From assembly GCA_963762565.1 (NCBI GenBank), contig CAVXLD010000010.1, positions 1 through 64,000 of the forward strand: 64,000 nt of DNA, in the 5' to 3' direction. The notes under the pieces were generated by a model, which made no database searches, was not told where the DNA came from, and was given only the letters and a program-made list of their open reading frames with translations. The first letter of the stretch is position 1. The number at the start of each line of letters is the position of its first letter. A program made the position numbers and the translations under genes. Below are positions 51,593-59,359 of the stretch, piece after piece. This DNA comes from an uncultured Verrucomicrobiae bacterium (GTDB taxonomy: Bacteria > Verrucomicrobiota > Verrucomicrobiia > Chthoniobacterales > JAFAMB01).

Positions 51593-52089
51593 TATTTGAT
51601 AATTATAACGTTCGGGTGCATTTTCTGGAATGCGTACAGTATTCCACGGTTAGTAGGTGATAACTTATCAAAGTCCTCTCGGCTTATTCCTACCGCTTTC
51701 CGAGCAGCCTGTAGTTCCATGACGTTCCGCGATTTGTCTAAACTATAAGGCTGGGCTGTATTGTTGTCGGAAACGTGGTGAGGAGGTTCCGTTTGCCCGT
51801 CACGGTTAACTTTCGCCCGTTGTGGTGTGTCATCGTCTCCGTCTTTGGTCACACTCTCGGGCGTATCCACTCCTGAGTCAGTATCTGGATCGGTTCCGCT
51901 TTGTCCTGGAACCCAACTCCGTGCATTTTCGTCAGGTTCCCAATCATTTGGCAGATCTACTGCCGCGGTTAATGATTGTCCTGCCATGGCAGGAAATTGG
52001 TCCAGGTAACCACTGGATAAATGGGTTATTCTCGAATTCTTTCGAGCGTTAAAGTTCTCTACGAAAATTTTTCTCTCTTTACTGGTCAT
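51592..52089 (-). CDS. hypothetical protein
   Basis: 165-aa ORF with coupled overlaps on both sides. Confidence 0.55.
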   Translation of the reverse strand: MTSKERKIFVENFNARKNSRITHLSSGYLDQFPAMAGQSLTAAVDLPNDWEPDENARSWVPGQSGTDPDTDSGVDTPESVTKDGDDDTPQRAKVNRDGQTEPPHHVSDNNTAQPYSLDKSRNVMELQAARKAVGISREDFDKLSPTNRGILYAFQKMHPNVIIIK

Positions 52090-52450
52090 AGTCTTGTCTC
52101 CTTGTATTTCCTGGTTAATTCCTTGGTTTTCCTAACTGCCTCAGTATTACAAGACTGTTCGCCTTTATACCTACGTCCCATTGACTGGAAATTCACGATG
52201 CGATTCCCTGAGAGGTTTTGCGGATTTTCAAACATCAAAGGATTGTTAACCAGATAAACCAGCTTGCTAGTAACCTCTGCGCTGAGGTTTCTGCGTTCAC
52301 TCAAAAAATCACAAAGGGTCCGCTCTTCATTCCTAGGCTGAACGCTAGGCTGCGCTGAGTGACTTTATGATATTCCAGCCATTGTAGAACGTCACTTCTT
52401 AGTCTCTCAATGGCATCAAAATTGGATAGATTCTCGGGCATACAAAACAT
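52086..52450 (-). CDS. XRE-family HTH protein (frameshifted)
   Basis: Read across one frameshift: RLRSDVLQWLEYHKVTQRSLAFSLGMKSG..CDFLSERRNLS. Confidence 0.5.
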
Positions 52451-52997
52451 AACTACACTTCTGCGTGAAGGGAAAAGTGTAGTTGTTCCTTGACGGTCAT
52501 AAGAGCCGTCACTTGTTCCTTGTTAAGTGCGATCATAATCCAGTGGTCTTGGTGATGGGTCTAGATTAGTCAACGCCAAAGCCAGGACCACATGGAACAC
52601 GTTGGTAAACATCTGGGTTTCGTTAGTTATACGGACCTAGATAATGGTTCGGTGGTCTTTTCCAGCCTACAATCCCATGCGGGCTTGCTTCTTTGCCACT
52701 CATTGAATTGCGACGAAGCCTAGATGTTTGCTAACTTTCCCGTTATGAGGATGATGAGAAATGTGTGGTTACCGCTGCACTACCTGGTCGCGATAGCTCG
52801 GCTTGCCGTCGCGATCAGGTTTCTTTGCCCTGTTAGGTGCCCTAAAACATATAGGTTCTGATCTGCTCGACCTTGCCCGCTATGGCTGTTTTTTAAACGC
52901 GTTTTAGTGCCCAAAACTCAAATAGTCCCAGACTTACCCTTATCCGATACCAGTCCGAGCCTTAGACTTCAAAAATAATGTAGATAGCCTATCCAAA

Positions 52998-53840
52998 ATG
53001 TTCAGCGCATGCCCTTCCCAAAACTTAGCCAGCCACATAAAGACCCTCGGTTTTCCGTTCCGTCGACTCCCTACTTCACCGCGACGGAAAATTCCCCCTA
53101 GTGTCTGGTGGGTCCATAAAGCCTATGCCAGCCGACAAGCAGTCTCTCAGCTCGACATTGCCCGAGCCTTGCACGTTTCCACTGCCGCAGTATCCCGATG
53201 GGCGAAAAAAGGCGCACCTATTTCGGAAGGTCCCGAAGCCTGCCGTAAATGGCAAAAAGCTAACATTTTCAGAGGCAAACCCGCCCATAAAGCAGTTACT
53301 CAATCACATTCTCAGGTTCAAATCATTTCCGCATTACCCGAGGTGGTTAGCTTTATGCAGTCAATTGCCCACATGGGCAAAAGATATGTGGATGGTCACA
53401 CGGGCAAACCCGTTTCGGTTGGTGGTCGACTAGCTACGCTAGTAGGTCGGACCCTGAACAACAATACAACCAGCATGGTCTTGAAAAAGTTTACCATTCC
53501 CGTCTACAGATCCAGCCGACCTGGCAGGTCACATACATATGCCAGCAAGTTTTCTATAGAGGTTCGGGAAAGTCGCGGCAGACACACTACAAAATTTTGT
53601 GTGCTCGACCAGTGGGGAGTGTGCCTAAGTGTTTGGGACTGGCATTTTGAAGCCGTGGCTGATATGCGCAGGCTACAAGCCCAAGTGGATTTCGAAGCAG
53701 AAACGCAAGCAAGGCTTTTTCGCCACGGCAGACCTAAAGCCCAGAAAAAGGACCTCGAGCAGCTGGACGATGAGAACCTCGAGGACCAACCCGAGGACGA
53801 GGACGAGATTGAAGCCGAGGCGGAATTAGTCGCAGCTTGA
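52998..53840 (+). CDS. hypothetical protein with a Nu1-like HTH and an acidic tail (true start probably further downstream)
   Basis: VSQLDIARALHVSTAAVSRWAKKGAP...ACRKWQ. Confidence 0.55.
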   Translation: MFSACPSQNLASHIKTLGFPFRRLPTSPRRKIPPSVWWVHKAYASRQAVSQLDIARALHVSTAAVSRWAKKGAPISEGPEACRKWQKANIFRGKPAHKAVTQSHSQVQIISALPEVVSFMQSIAHMGKRYVDGHTGKPVSVGGRLATLVGRTLNNNTTSMVLKKFTIPVYRSSRPGRSHTYASKFSIEVRESRGRHTTKFCVLDQWGVCLSVWDWHFEAVADMRRLQAQVDFEAETQARLFRHGRPKAQKKDLEQLDDENLEDQPEDEDEIEAEAELVAA

Positions 53841-53996
53841 ACGCCCTAGGACGCCCTAGGAATCGTTTTGATGCTCAAAAACGGGCTCCGTGAGACCATC
53901 CTGTACCAATGCTGCGACGCAGCATGGGGCAAACTGGGAACGGCTAAGGCTATGTTTGCCTACTAGGTCACCCGTCATCCGTCATTGCGAGAATCT

Positions 53997-55259
53997 CTAA
54001 AACGGCGCTAAGGGAAACTCTGTGTCTAGTTTTTCCCATCGAGCTTTCTGCTTAGAATTTAATCGCTCTACTGCGTCCCTAGCATTTGCAGCTTCTCCTG
54101 GTAATGTAGTGGGACGTTTGGCTATATCAGCCAGAACCTTCATCTTTGGAAGTTCTGTTATCTCCTTCTTTATTAGGTCGTGGACCGCTTGGTTCCGCTC
54201 CCGTGTCTTCCGAATCCTGGCACCTTCATAATTCCGACCTTGCACCTTGCCGCCTAACCTCATCACTGGTTTAAGCCGCGGATCTCGAGAACAATGTTTT
54301 CGGTTGTCATACAAATAATGAGCGTATTCGGCTAGGTCCATTTTCTGTGTGCGTTTTGTGTGTGCTCTTGCCTGGAACCAACGCACAATTTCCCGCGTCT
54401 TTTCACTCCGCAGTATCCACTTGATTACGGGGTCATTATTTGGATCTATTTCAGCCTGTTCGTGGTCGTGATAACATGGTGGCATTTCACTAAGCAATTC
54501 CCACCATTTCTCTTGCGCTTCGGTCTTAGGCTTTAGTTGTTGTGATTTTGCGAAAACCTTGGCTGCGTCAACGTCTGAACGTGTTGGGTTACATACCGAT
54601 GGGTCCGAACCACTCCACAAACCGTTGCCGTGATATTTGAAAAATCCTTTAGCTTGGCGACCGATGTTTAAGATTCGGTATGCCTCCACTTCGTCACAGT
54701 CTTCTATCCGCATTATCTCAAGTATCAGCTCGGACCTCGACCGTATCCTGATTTTAGAAAGCCTGAAACGATAGGTGTCCTTGTATATCTGCCCACCAGA
54801 ATACCGAACACCGTCCTTGCCATGTGGTGGCAGTTTTCCGATAGTGACATTAGGTGCCGTTGTCTTATAACCGCGCCATTTTTCTGGATCTTCACCAGCT
54901 TTCTTATTCCCCCGAATGACAAAAATGCTATTCTCGATTGTCTCAAGTTCCGCCTGACTAGCTTTTCGTCCCTTGGCATACTGGAGCCCAGCCATTGACC
55001 TCAACGACTTTGTGCTCATCGCATCCCAGAACTCGGTCACATACTTAGCTTGCTCGGGAGCGAAACCATTCGCTTGGTCCCATTCTGTAAATAACGGGTA
55101 CCGATTATCTTTGTGAGCTAATGCAATAGACCGCAACCAATCGGATATAGTTTGCAGACCGTATCCGCTTTTGAATCTATCGAAACCAACCCTTCGGTTA
55201 TTCTCCTGATTCTCTTGGGCAGTCTTTATCCACTCCTCTGCTCTTTTGCTATGTTTCAT
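53997..55259 (-). CDS. hypothetical protein (C-terminal DUF2786-like helix pair)
   Basis: 420 aa; KMKVLADIAKRPTTLPGEAANARDAVERL. Confidence 0.6.
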   Translation of the reverse strand: MKHSKRAEEWIKTAQENQENNRRVGFDRFKSGYGLQTISDWLRSIALAHKDNRYPLFTEWDQANGFAPEQAKYVTEFWDAMSTKSLRSMAGLQYAKGRKASQAELETIENSIFVIRGNKKAGEDPEKWRGYKTTAPNVTIGKLPPHGKDGVRYSGGQIYKDTYRFRLSKIRIRSRSELILEIMRIEDCDEVEAYRILNIGRQAKGFFKYHGNGLWSGSDPSVCNPTRSDVDAAKVFAKSQQLKPKTEAQEKWWELLSEMPPCYHDHEQAEIDPNNDPVIKWILRSEKTREIVRWFQARAHTKRTQKMDLAEYAHYLYDNRKHCSRDPRLKPVMRLGGKVQGRNYEGARIRKTRERNQAVHDLIKKEITELPKMKVLADIAKRPTTLPGEAANARDAVERLNSKQKARWEKLDTEFPLAPF

Positions 55260-55783
55260 GGGTTAGGTGCGGCTCCCTTCTTATTTCCAGCGAGTTGCCA
55301 CGGGCGACGCGAGTCTTCGAGCGGCGGGTGCCCGTGTTGCACGAGCGGCTGGAATAGTCCTGAAATTTGGGCACACTCCTGACAAACCCAACTTTTTCTC
55401 TTTCTTCTTCTTTGGCTCTTCTTAGTAGCAGCTGGGAACCCTCGTTTTGCTCGCTGACTCGCAAAATCCCAGCTGTATCTAAGAAGAGATATGCCACATA
55501 CTGGTATGAGGACCATCGCAGGGGGGTGGTCATACCAAAACGTAGCCTTAGCCTGGGGAGTGGTTTTTCGAAATCGTAAAAATAAGAGAGGGAGGGGTCC
55601 CTCATACCAAAACGTAGCCCTAGAATCCCTACTAGGTGTGTGGGGTAGTGGCAGAAAATGCGAGAAAATCCCGTTGCGACGTCGGCAGGAATAGTTGATA
55701 ATGTCGAAGTCGTTAGTTGTTATCATCAGTTCACAGCCGCTCTCGTAAGGAGCGGTTGAACTGTTTAAAGGGGGTCCGGTCAT
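55256..55783 (-). CDS. hypothetical protein containing an internal 18-bp direct repeat
   Basis: ATGA overlaps with both neighbours; the peptide ATFWY occurs twice. Confidence 0.4.
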   Translation of the reverse strand: MTGPPLNSSTAPYESGCELMITTNDFDIINYSCRRRNGIFSHFLPLPHTPSRDSRATFWYEGPLPLLFLRFRKTTPQAKATFWYDHPPAMVLIPVCGISLLRYSWDFASQRAKRGFPAATKKSQRRRKRKSWVCQECAQISGLFQPLVQHGHPPLEDSRRPWQLAGNKKGAAPNP

Positions 55784-55989
55784 TTTTCCACCACCTTCTT
55801 CTTCGGTCGCCCGGCCGGTTTGAATCCACCTGATGCCAGGAATTTGTCGACGTCCTCTGGCTCGATCAAGAACATGTAGCCGTAGCGTTCGGCAGGGAGC
55901 CTGCCGTCGTGTACGTATCGATTGATGGTTAGTGTGCCTTTATTAAGTTTAGCAGCCACTTGGGGAATGGTTAGTAGTCTAGGTCTCAT
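55780..55989 (-). CDS. excisionase-family HTH DNA-binding protein
   Basis: LLTIPQVAAKLN...TINRYVHDGRLPAERYG...IEPEDVDKF...GRPKK. Confidence 0.85.
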   Translation of the reverse strand: MRPRLLTIPQVAAKLNKGTLTINRYVHDGRLPAERYGYMFLIEPEDVDKFLASGGFKPAGRPKKKVVEK

Positions 55990-56063
55990 AGATATAACTT
56001 TCTAATATCTAGGACTACGCCGATCCCAGATAGTACGAAAATGATCGAACTATTTTTTCACGC

Positions 56064-57608
56064 TCACACTGCCTCGTCCTCGTCCTCATCATCCGATTCC
56101 TGCGTGAACGTACGGTGATCGATTAGTTTCTGGGTCGCACGTACAAAGCCGTCATCGGTAGTGAATAACGGTTCGTCAGCCGGTTCGTCCGTAATCTCAG
56201 GCTCAGGTAATTCGAGTGTTGGGACCTGGGTCAGCACATCGGCTATCAATGCATCGCTCCGGCTATTCACCTCACGTAAGAGTGCCGCCGCGTCGTTGTA
56301 CTGCGCATTTGCCCGTCGTGTGTATTCCACTGCCTCCAAATATCGCGGGTGCGCTTGTAGCTTCTGGTTGGCGTTGGCATACCAAGCGTCCTGTGCTTCC
56401 TTCACCCGACCGGCTAGGGTAAAATCGAAGAACGGTTTGACGGCATCACGTGCGATCTGCTCCATGATCTCGGGGTGCAGTGCGCACAGACTATCGATCT
56501 CGGTCTGCTCGTGGTGCATCGCAGCCATCCACTTTTCTCTGCGCTTCTCTGTTTCTTTCAGCGGCGTATCGGGCAAACCGTATTCGATGACTTGTTTTAG
56601 GCTTAAGGCAACTGGATAAAGCTCGATATCAAAGCTGTGCCCGTTCTTCTCCAGTAGTGCCTGCAGCTTACGCGCACAGGTTACCGGCATCGTATATCCG
56701 CTCGGGTCGAGGTCTGAGAAATAGAGCAGGATCAATGGTCTGCCGTCATCGGCTGCTTTGTCCTCCAGTTCCCAAATCATGGCATTCGACAACTCGCCGG
56801 TAGGTAACCACAGCTCACCTCTGACATCTTTAGCAATCGGTGACAGAACATCTTTAAGCGACGACTTCTCACCGACCATTACGATGTGGTAGGGCTGGCG
56901 CTGTTCGACAGCCGGACAGTTCACTGATGGCTTCAGGTACTCAATGGGTCCTATATTATGACCACAGAACAAGCTCGGGTCTGGTTGACCTGACTCCTCA
57001 AAGGTGAATATTTCAGGTCGTGCATTGCGGTGATCGACAATGCGATTGAAGGGTATGTAGTCCAGCCAGCGGGCAGCATCGGCTAGGTCGCCAAGGATCA
57101 CGTAAAATCGATTGTTGTTCTTGTACTGCTTTCCACATTTGCACTCCATGCCGTCAGGCAGATAAACGCCCTTATCGCTAAGGATGTAGTGGAGACCTCT
57201 GATGTGGATCGTGCGACCGGCTGGTACGTAACGATCTACCATCTCGGCGAACCACTTGGCTTTTTCGTGTCCCAGCTTAGTGCTGTATCGGTACGGGTCA
57301 TTCTGATAAGACATCACGGTCAGGTCGCGCCAGTCTGCTATGCCGTTAGCGTCAGCTTCTCGGGTGATCTGATCGTACAACTTACCGCTGCCGCTGAGGT
57401 CTTCTCCCCGTTCCGCTTCCAGCTCCAATGCAAGCGCCATCACTTCACGGCGACGGCATGTGGTCGCGTTGCCCTTACCCTTACCACCATGGTGGACAGG
57501 AGTAAGCCGACCGGCATTGATGTAGTTGAAAACTGTGGTGGGGCTTTTCCCGAGTATCTGTGCGATCTCGTTCACCCCAATAACATCGTTGTCTCTCAAG
57601 ACTGTCAT
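56064..57608 (-). CDS. excisionase-type HTH fused to a TopoVI-A/Spo11-like winged-helix + TOPRIM domain
   Basis: N-terminal IGVNEIAQILGKSPTTVFNYINAGRL; IRGLHYILS; TOPRIM motifs VGEKSS and YFSDLDPSG; VALSLKQV..YGLP; TEIDSL. Confidence 0.7.
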   Translation of the reverse strand: MTVLRDNDVIGVNEIAQILGKSPTTVFNYINAGRLTPVHHGGKGKGNATTCRRREVMALALELEAERGEDLSGSGKLYDQITREADANGIADWRDLTVMSYQNDPYRYSTKLGHEKAKWFAEMVDRYVPAGRTIHIRGLHYILSDKGVYLPDGMECKCGKQYKNNNRFYVILGDLADAARWLDYIPFNRIVDHRNARPEIFTFEESGQPDPSLFCGHNIGPIEYLKPSVNCPAVEQRQPYHIVMVGEKSSLKDVLSPIAKDVRGELWLPTGELSNAMIWELEDKAADDGRPLILLYFSDLDPSGYTMPVTCARKLQALLEKNGHSFDIELYPVALSLKQVIEYGLPDTPLKETEKRREKWMAAMHHEQTEIDSLCALHPEIMEQIARDAVKPFFDFTLAGRVKEAQDAWYANANQKLQAHPRYLEAVEYTRRANAQYNDAAALLREVNSRSDALIADVLTQVPTLELPEPEITDEPADEPLFTTDDGFVRATQKLIDHRTFTQESDDEDEDEAV

Positions 57609-57913
57609 CGGGATCGTGACCCCTTTCTGTTCCGAGCTAGTAAGAGCCGGACCTGTAAATCACAGTGCGGAAATTGATCTCGCCGACCACTGTGATTTAG
57701 CTCACCGAGCACGTCAGCTCTCAACACAGCCGGATCGATCCCAGCCCGTTCCGCGGCCTGGAGGATTCCGCGGATATAGAATTGGATGCGGTGAAGATAC
57801 TCTTCTCGATTTAGGGCATCTGGTGCCGGTTGGACGTCTGGCAATGGCACTGACGGCACCAGTGCCGGAGTAGGTCGCATCGGAGCGAAAAAGGATTTTA
57901 CGGGTGTGCTCAC
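57605..57913 (-). CDS. hypothetical protein
   Basis: Overlaps with both neighbours suggest translational coupling. Confidence 0.5.
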   Translation of the reverse strand: MSTPVKSFFAPMRPTPALVPSVPLPDVQPAPDALNREEYLHRIQFYIRGILQAAERAGIDPAVLRADVLGELNHSGRRDQFPHCDLQVRLLLARNRKGSRSR

Positions 57914-58125
57914 TTCTCCACCCCTCTCGATAGTAGCGCCAAAGCTTCCTCGGCCCGTTGGAGTGGAATCAAGATCGTTTTCTGGATCTTGATATAAGGC
58001 AGGAGACCGCGATTAATCCAGTCCCTGACCGTGTATTTTGAAATGCCTTTTAGCTTGGCAAACTGCTCAACCCGAAGACACCGCGCTTCTATTATTGCCG
58101 GGCTCTCCGGCTCTTTTGGTTTCAT
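57910..58125 (-). CDS. excisionase/AlpA-like HTH protein
   Basis: LRVEQFAKLKGISKYTVRDWINRGLLPYIKIQKTILIP; lies next to att. Confidence 0.85.
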   Translation of the reverse strand: MKPKEPESPAIIEARCLRVEQFAKLKGISKYTVRDWINRGLLPYIKIQKTILIPLQRAEEALALLSRGVEK

Positions 58126-58323
58126 GAAGTGGTGTCATAAGGATTGGGTTTTCTGTCCCTACGGTCACCTTACCACATATCCAGTGACATTCCATCGTAA
58201 AATCTGGATATCTTGATAGATTTACGAACCTCGAGGGAAAGCGTGACTATAGCGTGACTGGACCGAATGAGGAGAAGTTCAAAGAAAAGAATTCTAGTCG
58301 TAATCAGTTGAATATAAACGACT

Positions 58324-58405
58324 TGCCGGAGAGGGGACTCGAACCCCTAAGGATTGCTCCACCAGATCCTAAGTCTGGCGCGTCTGCCAATTTCGCCACC
58401 CCGGC
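58324..58405 (-). tRNA. tRNA-Leu (TAG)
   Basis: GCCGGGGTGGCGAAATTGGCAGACGCGCCAGAC-TTAGGA-TCTGG...GGGGTTCGAGTCCCCTCTCCGGCA; long variable arm; CCA not encoded. Confidence 0.96.
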
Positions 58406-58529
58406 CTAAAGGAAAGGAACTGCGATTAAGCCATAGTTCCATTCAAAAATCAATTGGACGCAACCCCAGGCAGTTTCACAGGAAGATCACAAAGGCCGCA
58501 AAGGCTGATTCTTTAACCGGCGTCGCAAA

Positions 58530-58962
58530 CGGCTTCATTTTGCATGACCCACAACACTGGTTGGGCGCCGTTCAACAACGCCTCCGTCAGCCGTTCCCGG
58601 AACCGTTGATCCGAGCGATTATCGATAAGAACCGGCCAGTGCTCGGTGGCGGCATGCAATCCTGTTACCTGGCGCAAATGAAGGCCGCGATCACTCTCGG
58701 GGATCTGATCAGTCTTAACCATCGGGTAGCAGTCTGGATCGCCAGTTATACCGATATTCTTTTTGCGGTGAACCGCAGGTTTCATCCAGGCGAGAAACGG
58801 CTTTTGATGTATCTGAAAGATTTGCCTGACAAGCCTGAGAACGCTCTGGAAGATGTTCCTCGACTTTGCGCGTTGGCAGGTAGCCTTTCCTCCCCGATCG
58901 TCGAGCAGGTTTCCGACATGTTGAGCAGGTTGGATCGGTGGATGGAAAAGAACGGATTTTAG
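58530..58962 (+). pseudogene. C-terminal fragment of a nucleotidyltransferase/DUF4037-like protein
   Basis: ILHDPQHWL...PFPEPL...LNHRVA..ASYTDILFAVNRRFHPGEKRLL. The 5' part of the listed ORF is only antisense tRNA plus repeat. Confidence 0.5.
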
Positions 58963-59074
58963 CGAACCCTGGGATTGCTAGCTGCCTCCCGCAGGCTCAA
59001 TCCGAGCTAAGCTCTGGCACCGTTTCCGACTTCGCCCCATCTCCCCCCTTTAGCTCCGTCGGACAAGTCGAGGC

Positions 59075-59255
59075 TGTCGGCCTCGCACCTGTCGCGCCGT
59101 AGGCTTTGCGGAGGCGGAAGCGAGGCAGCGCTTCACGGGTGGCGACCCCTTTCGGCCTCGCTACCTGTCGCGCCGTAGGCTTGGCGGAGGCGGAAGCGAG
59201 GCAGCGCTCCACGGTGCCGACCGCTTCGGCCTTGCAAGCAAGGCGCGCTCCACGG
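59075..59255 (+). repeat. REP cluster (third family, two copies with a nested hairpin element)
   Basis: CGGCCTCGC[A/TA-CCTGTCGCGCCGTAGGCTTKGCGGAGGCGG]AAGCGAGGCAGCGCTYCACGG x2, followed by a plain copy. Confidence 0.8.
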
Positions 59256-59359
59256 GGCGCGACCCTGCCTCTCACCTCTCACCAATCACTTCTCACCTCT
59301 CACTTTTCGGTCCCATCGGCTTGTGGTCGACCCCTAGCCGAATTAACTTTCTCCCTTAC

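Larger units (their letters stand above)
39015..58375. mobile_element. ~19.3 kb integrative element (phage satellite/PICI-like) at tRNA-Leu(TAG)
   Basis: Flanking 49-bp att repeats, a tyrosine integrase at one end, excisionase-like HTH genes at the other, lower-GC cargo, and no recognisable capsid or conjugation genes. Confidence 0.9.

Noticed and set aside
53821..53840. Tandem duplications ACGCCCTAGG x2 (just after 53840) and the 21-bp duplication at 42807-42842
   Set aside because: These are isolated slippage-type duplications with no further structure.
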